The notes beneath the pieces were generated by a model. That model was not told the DNA's origin and searched no databases. It saw nothing but the letters and a program-made list of their open reading frames with translations. Below, piece after piece: positions 48,132-58,300 of a stretch of 64,000 nt of DNA (its first letter is position 1; the number at the start of each line of letters is the position of its first letter). The position numbers and the translations under genes were made by a program. Origin of the DNA: Myxococcales bacterium (GTDB lineage Bacteria; Myxococcota_A; Polyangia; Polyangiales; DASUME01). The stretch is taken from the NCBI GenBank assembly GCA_047601445.1, contig JASGJH010000001.1, positions 704,001-768,000 on the forward strand. The letters are read 5' to 3'.

Positions 48132-51100
48132 ATGAACCAACGGTCTTCCAGGCTTCGCTCGAGCGCGCCCGCGGGCGGAAGAGCCCGCATCGTTAGCGCT
48201 CGAGGCCGCCTGGCCGCGCTGCTCGTCAGTCTGCTGTACGCCGGTGCTTGCGAAGAGGCGTCGCCACCGGCGTTCACCTACTACGACGATCGCGTGGCGC
48301 CGGTCATCGGTGTGGGCTGCGTGCAGCAAACCACGGGCTGCCATCTGGCGAGCCCAGCGCAGACCGCCGTCGGAAATCTCGACCTCTCGAGCTACGACGC
48401 GCTGATGCGCCGCTCGGATGTGCTGCCGGCTTCGGGCCCCTATCCCGTGGGGCAGCTGCTGCTCAAGGGCGGCGACCCGGTGGACATCCCGGTGCAGACC
48501 TTCGACGCGCCGGACCCGGCGCACCCGAACGATCGCTTCGTGCCGATCACCACCGACATCCGGCACGCGGGCGGTAGCCTCTTGCGCATCGGCTCCGACG
48601 GTTACGCGCAGCTCAAGAGCTGGATTAACCAGGGCTACCGGCGCGACGGTGCCGTCGTCGAGACGCTCAACATGAGCAAGGGGTTCTGCACCTCGGGCCC
48701 CGGGCAGCACACTGGCTTCGATCCCAACGTGGCGCCCACCGACCCGAGCTACGCCTCCTTCGTGGCCAAGGTGCAGCCCGTGCTCCTCAACCGCTGCGCG
48801 GGGTCTTCCTGCCACGGCTCGCGCATCGCTGACCTCTACGTGAGCTGCGGTGAGAGCGAAGCGGAGAAGCGCTGGAACTACTTCGTGGCGGTCTCGCACG
48901 TGGATTCCACGGTGTCGCTCTCGGAGATCCTGCGGCGCCCGCTCTCCAAGGTGCGCGGCGGAACCTTCCACGAGGGAGGTACCATCTTCGCGGACACCGA
49001 CGACGCGGACTACAAGACCTTGCGCGCATGGGCCGAGGAGCTCGCCGGGCGGGCCCCCGAAGTGGTGAACTACCAGCCCACCGACATCGGCCTGCGCTTC
49101 TTCGGCAACTACGTGCAGCCGACGATGGTGCGCAAGGGGTGCATGTTCGGCAACTGCCACTCGCCGTCGATGTTCCACGACCTACGCCTGCGCACCGGCT
49201 CGCAGGGCACGTTCTCGCGCATCGCCATCGATCGGAACTACGAGGCCGCGAAGCTGCTGCTGGCCACGGATTCCGCGGATCCCAACGACAGCCGCATCAT
49301 CGCCAAGAACCTGTTCGCCCCCGACAAAGGCGGCAAGGGGCTGACCCATCGCGGCGGCGCGCTGTTCGAGGACTTCGCCGAGCCGGCGCGCAAGAGTTCC
49401 TGCGAGGGCATCGAAATCAACGCCAGCACCGATCTGAACAAGGCGCCCGCCTACTGTGTGTTCGCGGCCTGGCATGCGCTGGAGCGTGATCTCGCCATCG
49501 GCAAGGGGGAGCTCCAGCAAGGGCCGAGCTACGGCCTGGTGTGGGTCTCCCGTCCGCTCGGGGTCGGCGATCCGCGTGACTTCGACACCTATCGTCCGGG
49601 TGCGGATCTATTGCTCGGAGAGCTCACGCTCGACGCGAACGGCAAGCCCAGCGTGAGCGGAGGCAGCAGTTTGCTGGCCGGCTGCGGGCTCGATTCCAAG
49701 ACCGCCGACGTGCGTGGGCCAACGGTGTCCTGGGACGGCAAGAAGAATCGCGTTCTCCGCGCGCGCCTCGGCGGCTGCGCCGCTGCGTCTCTATGAGGCC
49801 AACGCCGACGGCTCCACCTGTGCACCTTTGACGGGGACTGCGTCGCCCGCGGCGGATGGCAACGGCATCAAGATGCACGACTTCGAATCCGGCCTACGCG
49901 CCCGACGGTCGATTGGTGTTCGCCAGCACCCGCGGCAATCTCCAGGGCGGCTACGCCTACCAGGGACCGCAGCGCACGCCCTCGCAGCTCGCACCCAACG
50001 CCAACCTGTACGTGTTCGCCCCCGCCGAGGGCGCGGTGCGGCAGCTGACCTTCCTGCTCAATCAGGAGATGATGCCGAACTTCATGGCGGATGGTCGCGT
50101 GATCTTCACCGCCGAAAAGCGTGCGCCCGAGTTCTTCCAGCTCGCCGGCCGCCGCATGAACCTCGACGGCGGTGACTATCATCCGTTGATCGCCCAGCGG
50201 GGCAGCGTGGGCTTCGCCCAGGCCACCGAGTTCGTGGAGCTCCCGGATCGCAACCTGGCGCTCGTGGCGTCGAACGCGGGCAACCGCGATGGTGCGGGCA
50301 GTATCGCCATCGTCAACCGCTCGCTCGGGCCCGATCAGAACGATCGCGATCCCAACGACCGCTACTTCTTGCACGCCATCCGCTTCCCCGCGCCGGGGGC
50401 GCTGGCCGGCCAAGCGGGCGCGTTCCGCTCGCCGGCGAGCTTGCCGTCGGGTTGGATGGTGGTCTCCTGTGACCCGGACGCTACGGACCTCACCCAGGGC
50501 AACTTCGACTTCGACCTGTGCGCCTTCGATCCGCGCACCGGGGCCGTCGAGCACCTGATCGGGCAGGCCGGTCGCGCCGAGGTCGAAGCCGTGGCCGTGT
50601 ATGCGCGGCCTCAGCACGGTGTCTTCCAGTCGCGTCCCGATGAGGCCAACGCCAACACCAGTGTGGACGTCGCTCAGACCGATGCCGAGGTGCACTTGGC
50701 CGATTTCCCGCTGCTCGCCACGCTCTTGTTCTCGAACACCCGCACGGGTCGGCCGCTCGACCCGCGCGTCGAGGGCGTCGAGATCTTGGAGTCCCTGCCG
50801 CCGCCGCCCGAGGCCACCGACTTCAGCGCGCTGAACGCGAGCCAGGTCACCCAGGACAGCTTCGGTCCGGTCTTCACGAACTACGAGTCGCTGGGGCCGA
50901 TCGCGCTGAACGACGATGGCTCCACCAAGTTCCGCGTGGCGGGCGGGCACCCGATCCTCTACGCGGCCACGGATGGCAAGGGACGCGTCCTGCCCTTCGA
51001 AGCCGAGGGGGGGCCCTTCACGGGCGACATGATTCAGCGCGAGGAGATGCAGTACTACCCGGGCGAACGCAGCAACCAGGGCTTCCGCCGCGAGCTCTTC

Positions 51101-51232
51101 AATGGCATGTGCGGTGGCTGCCACGGGTCCCTCACGGGCTACGAACTCGACGTGGCGGTCGACATCGACGTGCTCACCCAGGCCTCCCAGACGATTGCCA
51201 AACCGGACCCCGCTGTCGACTTGGTTCGCTAG
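48132..51232 (+). CDS. Multiheme hydrazine synthase alpha-like lipoprotein with three N-terminal cytochrome c-like domains; two apparent +1 frameshifts (49745-49749, 49885-49889)
   Basis: Lipobox YAGAC; CVQQTTGCH, CAGSSCH, CMFGNCH, CGGCH; PD40 motifs VSWDGKKIAFS and DFDPAYAPDGRLVFASTR after repair; about 1032 aa. Confidence 0.72.
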
Positions 51233-51304
51233 TGATCTGCTTCAGTTGCCGAGCAAAGCTTATGCTACGGTTCGGTCCGTCCTTCTGAGTCGCCAGGGCC
51301 GTCT

Positions 51305-51853
51305 TTGCCGCTTCCAACGCAACTCTTGCTGACGTTTGCCTCCGGCGTCCTCGCTGCGCTCGCAGCGCGCACCGACCTACGCGGCAGCCCCAAGCCGGCG
51401 TTCGTGTCGCGCGCGTTTTACGCCTACCTGCTCTACGTGGCGCTCGTGATGGTGCCGGTCTCGGCGTACTTCTACGTGTTTCACGGGGACTGGTTCCTGC
51501 TCTACCTGGCGGACACGGAGCGCGTCCCAAGCGCCTTGGCCCTGGTGGGAGGCCTGCTCGAGGTGGGCCTCGGGGCGGTCGGTTTTCTGATCGGGGCCTC
51601 CATGGTGCGCACGCAGCGCGACCAGTGGGCGGGGGCGGCGATCGGGGCAACCCTCTCGTTGGCCCTGGGCATGCTTCCAGTAGTGCGAAATCGGCTCCTG
51701 GTGGTGGGGAGCTACCGCCAGTACCACGGGGACTTCGGGCTGAGTTCCTATGGAGGTGCACTCTTGCAGGGAACCCTGGTGATGTCCCTCTGGATGGTGC
51801 TCGGGCTTGCTTTCTTGGTGTACCGGCTGGGGCCCGGAGCGCGTCGCGGTTAG
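51305..51853 (+). CDS. Hypothetical integral membrane protein
   Basis: About five TM helices, HGDWFLLYL; TTG start. Confidence 0.7.
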   Translation: MPLPTQLLLTFASGVLAALAARTDLRGSPKPAFVSRAFYAYLLYVALVMVPVSAYFYVFHGDWFLLYLADTERVPSALALVGGLLEVGLGAVGFLIGASMVRTQRDQWAGAAIGATLSLALGMLPVVRNRLLVVGSYRQYHGDFGLSSYGGALLQGTLVMSLWMVLGLAFLVYRLGPGARRG

Positions 51854-52037
51854 ACCGCCGCGCGGCGGGCCAGGCCCGCGAGAGTCCGGGTGTTTTGACC
51901 CGAGCGGGAGACCTTACTTACACCCGGCCACACCCCTGTTGACGGGGTATCGGCTTGTTGTTAGCGTCCGGCCGGCTTGTCAGCGAGTTTCGCTAGGTTT
52001 TTTGGAGTGGCGCGTGAGCAAAGGCCGGGATTTGGGA

Positions 52038-52346
52038 ATGCATAAAGCGTGCATCGGTCTGCTGGCCATGATCACGGCCTGCCTGAGCGCATCGGGCTGT
52101 GTGGCCTCTTCGGCAGCGGTTCAATCCACCAGGGCTGCACGCGCGGTGGAGCATGCGCGGCGCTCCCATGCGGGAGACCAGGCGCCCTACGAGTTCACCC
52201 TGGCTGAAGCCTACTTGAACAAGGCGCGCGAAGAGACCGCCGAGGCGGCGTACCAAGACGCCAATCGGCTCGCGCGGCAGTCTCAGGACAACGCAGCCAA
52301 GGCCATCGAGCGTTCCAGGCAAGTGCGTACCACGGGGGGACAGTAA
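52038..52346 (+). CDS. DUF4398-like lipoprotein
   Basis: Lipobox ASGC; APYEFTLAEAYLNKAREE. Confidence 0.8.
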   Translation: MHKACIGLLAMITACLSASGCVASSAAVQSTRAARAVEHARRSHAGDQAPYEFTLAEAYLNKAREETAEAAYQDANRLARQSQDNAAKAIERSRQVRTTGGQ

Positions 52347-52351
52347 CCGAG

Positions 52352-53512
52352 ATGGCCTCGCTTCGTTACCCCGCTCGCGCGCCCGAGGGCGCGCTTCGAC
52401 TCGCTCTCAAGCGGGCTCGGCTGCTCGGGCCGGCCGCGTCTCTGGTTTTCAGCGCGAGCCTCACTGCATGCACCGAGGCAAACGTGCTGCAGGGCCATAT
52501 CGACGGCCTACGCGAGATCGCGCAGCAGGCGGCGCAGAACGGCGCCATGAACTGCGCGCCGCAGGAGCTCGCGCTGGCCGAGGCCAACCTCGAGTTCGCG
52601 GACCTGGAGCTCGCGCAGGGCGATCAGGGGCGTGCCAAGGAGCACCTGGTACTGGCGGAGACCAATGCCAACGCCGCGCTGCGTTTGAGCCCGAAGGACC
52701 GCTGCACCGGTCAACCGGTGGCAGATGATCGCGACCGCGACGGCATCCTCGATCCCGAGGACAAGTGCCCGGATGTTCCCGAGGACCGCGACGGCATCGA
52801 GGACCTCGACGGCTGCCCCGAGGACCAGGACACTGACGGCGACAACTTCGCTGACTCGATCGACCTGTGCGTGGCCGAGCCCGAGGATATCGACGGCTAT
52901 TTGGATACCGATGGCTGCCCGGATCACGACAACGACGCCGACTTGGTGCTGGACGGGAACGACAAGTGCCCGCTCGCACCCGAGGATCCCGACGGCTTCG
53001 AGGACACCGACGGTTGCCCCGACGAGGACAACGATCTCGACGGCTTCGCCGACAAGGCCGACCAGTGCCCAAACGAGGTGGGTCCGGAGAGCGAGCGCGG
53101 CTGCCCGAAGGTCTACAAGGACGTGGTCGTCACCGACAGCCAGGTGGTGATCAAGCAGCAGGTCCACTTCGAGACCAACAAGGCCAAGATCAAGCCCGAG
53201 TCCTTCGACTTGCTCGACACCGTGGCCCAGGCGCTGCGCGACTTCCCCGCCATCCGCGTGGAAGTGCAGGGACACACCGATTCGGTGGGCCCCGACAAGA
53301 AGAACCTCAAGCTCTCGCAGCAACGCGCAGATTCGGTGCGAGAGTACTTGATCGGCCGCGGCATCGAGCCCTACCGCATGACAGCGATGGGGTACGGTGA
53401 GTCGCGTCCCATCGAACCCAACACGACGGCCTCGGGTCGCGCGGCCAACCGCCGCGTCGAGTTCCGGCGCACGGATGAGGGCTCACGAAATTCCCCCGCT
53501 CAAGCACCGTGA
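52352..53512 (+). CDS. OmpA-family lipoprotein with DUF4398-like helix and thrombospondin type-3 (Asp-rich) repeats
   Basis: LTAC lipobox, DxDxDG..D..DxCP repeats, QVHFETNK, VQGHTD, LSQQRA, NRRVEF. Confidence 0.9.
   Translation: MASLRYPARAPEGALRLALKRARLLGPAASLVFSASLTACTEANVLQGHIDGLREIAQQAAQNGAMNCAPQELALAEANLEFADLELAQGDQGRAKEHLVLAETNANAALRLSPKDRCTGQPVADDRDRDGILDPEDKCPDVPEDRDGIEDLDGCPEDQDTDGDNFADSIDLCVAEPEDIDGYLDTDGCPDHDNDADLVLDGNDKCPLAPEDPDGFEDTDGCPDEDNDLDGFADKADQCPNEVGPESERGCPKVYKDVVVTDSQVVIKQQVHFETNKAKIKPESFDLLDTVAQALRDFPAIRVEVQGHTDSVGPDKKNLKLSQQRADSVREYLIGRGIEPYRMTAMGYGESRPIEPNTTASGRAANRRVEFRRTDEGSRNSPAQAP
52735..53106 (+). repeat. Intragenic TSP3-like repeats (DxDGxxDxxDxCPxxPEDxDGxxDxDGCP), about 3.5 copies
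   Basis: Visible in translation and as recurring GACGGCTGCCC/GAGGA DNA units. Confidence 0.75.
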
Positions 53513-53566
53513 GTTAACCCAACGCGGTGCGCGGCGAACGGCGCGCCACCGGAGTACGAGACACCT

Positions 53567-55219
53567 ATGCGTCGACTGAAGCTTATCTTCGCCCTTGTTT
53601 TACTCACCTCCTCCAGCGTCGTGGCCGAGGCTCAGGCCAACCCACGACAGCTCGCCGACGCCAATCGCGCGGCGATGGATGCCTACAACAACCTCGAGAT
53701 CGAGGTCGCCAAGGAGACCTTGGAGAAGGCTATCGCGGGGGCCGAGAGCAACGGGCTCACCGGCAGCGGGTTGGCGCGCACCTACGCGAACCTCGGCGTC
53801 GTGTTGGTCGGCGGTCTGAGTGATTCTGCGGCGGCGCTCGATGCCTTCATCCGCGCGCTCCAGGAAGACGGCTCGGTCGAGCCGGATCCGCTGGTGTCGA
53901 CGCCCGAGGTGCTGCAGGTGTTCGCGCAGGCCAAGCGCAAGGCGGGGCAGGGTGGCGGCAAGCGCAGCAAGCCCACGCCGGCCCCAGCGCCTGCACCCGT
54001 GGCCGTCGAGGGAGACCTCGAGCACGTGCCGGCGGGCGAACAGCTCAAGAACACCGATCTGCCCGTGTATGTGGCGGCCTCGAACCCCGAGATCGCCAGC
54101 ATGAAGATCTTCTACCGCTCGGTGGGCATGCCCAAGCCCAAGTCGGCTGCGATGGTCCAGGCGACCGACGGTTTCACCTATCTGATCCCGTGCGCCGACG
54201 TGTTCGAGCCGAACGTCGAGTACTTCATCGTGGCGTTCGACGCAGCAGGCGAGAAGATCGGCACCGCGGGCAGCCCCGAGAATCCGGTGTCCGTGCCGGT
54301 GGTGGCCGTGCGTAGTCAGCCGGCGCCGTCCCTGCCCGGCGAGGTTCCGCCGAGTCAGTGCGGCGGCGGTGAGGAAGCCGCCGCGGTGTCGACGACCAGC
54401 GTGGCGGCCATGGGGCACGAAGGTTCCCTGGGCGATACCTGCACGAGCGATAGTCAGTGCGGCGAGGGCCTGGTCTGCTTCGACAACTTCTGCGCGATGG
54501 GCGAGCGCAAGAAGGACGACGATGACGATGACGATGAGAGCGACGGCGACGCTGCCCGCTTCTACATCGACCTCGGCGCCGGCGTGGCGCTCGTGATGGT
54601 GAGCAACAATTCCGCTGCCGACACGAACCCGCCCGAAGGCGTGGCGCGCGACGCCAGCAACGCCGCCGGCGCCCAGAGCGGCGAGCAGAAGATCCAGACG
54701 GCCACCGACTACGCGTCGGCGCAGGGCTGGAACTGCAAGGTGCAAGAGGTGTCGGGCGGCAGCCTGTCCTTCTCGAACTGCAAGACCACGGTGGCGGCAG
54801 CGGGCTTCGTCGGCGTGCCTGTCCTGAACGGCAACGTCGGGTACATCATCAGCGACCGCTTCGCGCTGGAGGGGCAGCTGCGCATCCCGCTCAAGCACGG
54901 CTCGCGCTCGATGAGCGCGTTCGGCATCGGCGCGCGCGCGGAGATTTTGCTCACTGAACTGCAGGAGACGGGCTTCCATGCCGGTCTGCTCGGCGGTGTC
55001 TTGATCGGCACCGTGTCTGCTCAGGCGCCGGCCGCCAAGGCGGCCACGGTGAAGGGACCCTACGCAACTTCGGGACCGTTCGGTCTGCAGCTCGGTATGC
55101 GCCTCGGCTACCAGTTCGCGCGCAACGTGGGCTTCATGGTCACGCCGGTGGCGGACCTGATGTTCGGCGACTTCCTGTTCGCGCTCGACCTCACCGGCAA
55201 CCTGCGCATCGCGTTCTGA
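53567..55219 (+). CDS. Secreted multidomain protein: TPR, beta-sandwich, Cys-rich knot, probable C-terminal beta-barrel
   Basis: Signal peptide, ARTYANLGVV, CTSDSQCGEGLVCFDNFC, poly-Asp linker, alternating C-terminus ending NLRIAF. Confidence 0.7.
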   Translation: MRRLKLIFALVLLTSSSVVAEAQANPRQLADANRAAMDAYNNLEIEVAKETLEKAIAGAESNGLTGSGLARTYANLGVVLVGGLSDSAAALDAFIRALQEDGSVEPDPLVSTPEVLQVFAQAKRKAGQGGGKRSKPTPAPAPAPVAVEGDLEHVPAGEQLKNTDLPVYVAASNPEIASMKIFYRSVGMPKPKSAAMVQATDGFTYLIPCADVFEPNVEYFIVAFDAAGEKIGTAGSPENPVSVPVVAVRSQPAPSLPGEVPPSQCGGGEEAAAVSTTSVAAMGHEGSLGDTCTSDSQCGEGLVCFDNFCAMGERKKDDDDDDDESDGDAARFYIDLGAGVALVMVSNNSAADTNPPEGVARDASNAAGAQSGEQKIQTATDYASAQGWNCKVQEVSGGSLSFSNCKTTVAAAGFVGVPVLNGNVGYIISDRFALEGQLRIPLKHGSRSMSAFGIGARAEILLTELQETGFHAGLLGGVLIGTVSAQAPAAKAATVKGPYATSGPFGLQLGMRLGYQFARNVGFMVTPVADLMFGDFLFALDLTGNLRIAF

Positions 55220-55324
55220 ACCGCGTAGGCGCGGGCGAGCTCGTGCCCGCGCTTCCCGCTTGGTGGGCTCGCCCGCTACGCGTGCGACGCGGGCGCGCCC
55301 TCGCCCTCGCCCTCGGACGCGACT

Positions 55325-58300
55325 TCAGCTCGTGCGGCGCCGTACGCGCAGGGCGGCTTCGCCAACCCAGAAGCGATACAAGTCGCCCGTGGTCTCCTCG
55401 CTGCGATCGGTGGCTCCGGTGTCGCGGCTGCGGGCCAGGCAATCCAGGGCTGCGCTCAGGTCGTCGCAAAGCAACGCCGCGGCGCGCGTGGCTTCGCGCT
55501 CGCGACTTTCAACCCAGGGCACCAGGTCCATGCCGCCCATCGCCGCATAGCGCTGGGCCGTGTCCTCCACGAGCTTGCGCGTGCGGCGCGACAGCGCCTT
55601 GTAGAGGCGCTTGCCCTGATCATCGAGGATCTCCTCGCTGGTCAAGCCGGTGCCAAAGCTCGGCACTTGGTTGCGAGTGTAGGCGGCGAACACGACGTCG
55701 AGCTCCCGCGGCGTGAGCTTGAGGATGGGATGACACTTGCGTGCGCAAAGGATGAGCATGCGCGCCAGCATGAACACCTGCTGCGACTCGCCTTGCTCGA
55801 GGATCCAGGCGGGCACCAGGAGCAGCGGTACTCCGTCTAGCTCGATGCCAGGCCCACGCCCGCGGGTGCGGTGGACGTAGAGCTCGTACTCCTGGACGCC
55901 GACCAGCGCTGCGATGCGGTCGGAGAGGATGCGCAGCGCGTGTCCCGCCCGCGCGCTCAAGCGATCGCGCGACGACACGCCGTAGCCGGAGAGATCGGGC
56001 GGGTAGAGCTTGTCGAGGCCCTCCCCGAGATAGGCGAGGTACTCGGCTGCGATGCCCATGGGCATCAGATCGGTGGCGAGTTCGTCGACCGTGTTACCTG
56101 CCCACGAACCGGGCTCGCTGGGCAGCGGGCCGGGCCTCGGGCCGTCGACGCCGCGCGGGCCGTAGCCCATCAAACGCAGGACTTCCTTGGCGCGGGCCTT
56201 GGCGTCCTCCTGCCCCAGGCTGCCGAACGTGTCGGCCAGGTCGCGCCAGGTGGAGGCGCGCTCGGAATCGAGCAAGAGCAACCCGCGTAGCTCCTTGACG
56301 CAAGCTTCGGCGGCGCCGGTCTCACGCAGCAAAGCGGCGTACTGCGTGCGCAGGGTGAGGCTGTTTGGTTGCTTGGTGATGGCGTCGCGTAAGGTCTCGA
56401 TGGCCTGGCTTGGGGCACCGATTTCGCGCGCCTGAACCCGCGCGAGCTCGAGGTAGATCTCACTCGATACGGCCCGCCCGTCGGCGAAGCTCTGCACGTG
56501 CTTGCGCAGGGCGCGCTCGTAGTCGGCGTGGCTCACACCAGCTTGCGCGCCGATGGCCTCGCGCATGGCTGCGCCTGCGCCCCCCAATGGACCGTCGAGC
56601 GCGACGGCTTCGGACATGGCGCGCACCAGGCCGGCGTGGTCGCCACGCCGCTGCTCCACGCGCGCCAGGTGAAGAAGCGCAGCCACCCGGTTTTCAGGGC
56701 GATCGGCCAGTTCCACCAGCCGATGGGCCACGGTGAGCGCTTCGGCGTGTTGGGACTCCCGCGACAGCAGGTCCGACAGCCGATGCAGCAAGTTGGTGTC
56801 GTTCGCACTGAGCTTGACCGCAGCGCGCAGCTGGGCGATGGCCAGCGCGGGTTTGTTGAGCTGTTCTTCGTAGAGCAGCGCGAGCTCGGTGTGGGCGTGC
56901 AAGGCAAGCGAGGAGTCCACGCCGCGTGCAGAGGGGCGCGCGCAGAATTCCGTGATGCGTGCGAGCAGCGCGGCGGCCTGGCTGAACTGGCCGTCACGCT
57001 TGAGCACGCGAGCGAGGTCGCTCATCACATGGGCATCGTCGGGGGCCAGGCGCATCGCGCGCTCGAGCGCCCCGATGGCGCCCGCAAGGTTGTTCTGGGT
57101 GTCTCCGTAGAGCGCGGCGACTTGGCGCCAGATGGCCGAGGCGCGCTGCTTGTCGCCGGAGGAGTTGGCCGCGCGTGCCAGGAGCTCCGTGAGTCGGTCG
57201 ATGTCGCCCGTGCGCGCCAGGCACGCGCGGAGCTCGCGCGCAGCGGCGGTGCTCTCAGGGTCGAGCTCGAGGGCCTGCTCGAGCGCATGGGCTGCGTTGT
57301 CGTCGTCCTGGGTGGCGCGCGCGGCGCGCACGTAGAGGGCCGCCGCTGTCTTGCGGTCGTTCAGCACGGTGGCTTCGCGCTCCGCGGCCTCGAGCAAGAC
57401 TTCGTACTCGTTGTTGTGCAGCGCGAGGCGCGACAACCCACGTGCCGCGGCCAAGTTCTCGGGATCGATGTCGAGGGCGTTGCGATAGAGGGGCAGGGCG
57501 CTCTCGGGATCGCTCGCCTCGAGGGACTCGCCGAGGCGCGTGAGATGCGAGGCGCGCAGCGCGCGATCGCGGGAGACGTTGGCGATGCGCTGATCGACCA
57601 GGCTGAGCAGTGAAGCCTCACGCTGCTCCAGGGCGAGCAGTTCGAGCGCCCCGAGGGCCTCGAGGTCGTGCGGGGAGAGCACCAGGATTTCCTGGTAGGC
57701 ACGCAGGGGCGTAAAGGTGCCTTCTGCGCGTCCTCCGAGGCGCGCTAGCTCGCGCAGCGCGGCGGTGCGCGAGTTCGGATCCGTGAGCACGCGCGCCGAG
57801 GTCGCGAGCACGCCCGCCAGCTCCTGCCACTGGTTGGTCTTGCGATACAGCGACTCGAGCGCCAGCAGCGCGCCGTGGTGCGAAGCCTCGATGGTGCGCA
57901 CCTCTTCGAAGCACGCGATGGCACGACGCAGGTCGCGCTGGTGGTCGCGCAGGACCTCCCCGAGCTGCATCAAGAGCGCGATGCGATGGGCGGGATCGCT
58001 CGCCAGGTCGACCGCACGGGCCAGGTCTTCTCCGAGTTTGCTGTGTTCTCCGCGGGCGGACCGCAGGCGGATGCGCCCCGTGAGCGCCAGGAGCTGATTT
58101 TCGTCCTCTTGGAGGGCCTTGTCGTAGGAGTCAATGGCCGCCTCGGGCTTCAAGAGGCGGTATTCGTAGACCTCACCGACCCGCAGGTGGATGGTGGCCC
58201 GCTCCTCGCGCGTCGCGTGGTTCTTGAGATCGCGCAGCAGGACCTCGATGAGCTCCTCCCAGCGGCTGTGTTCGCGCAGTTTGCGGGCCAGGGCGCGCAA

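Noticed and set aside
44878..51232. Anammox hydrazine synthase / anammox metabolism
   Set aside because: Only alpha-like domains; no beta/gamma subunit or hydrazine dehydrogenase in the window, and the gene context is myxobacterial
52735..53106. CRISPR-like or tandem DNA repeat
   Set aside because: Degenerate in-frame coding repeats (TSP3); no identical repeats with unique spacers and no cas genes
52352..53512. traB of the TraAB outer-membrane exchange system
   Set aside because: No N-terminal beta-barrel and no adjacent TraA-like gene with Cys-rich repeats and MYXO-CTERM
55296..55314. (CGCCCT)x3 microrepeat between convergent genes
   Set aside because: Too short to be significant in GC-rich DNA
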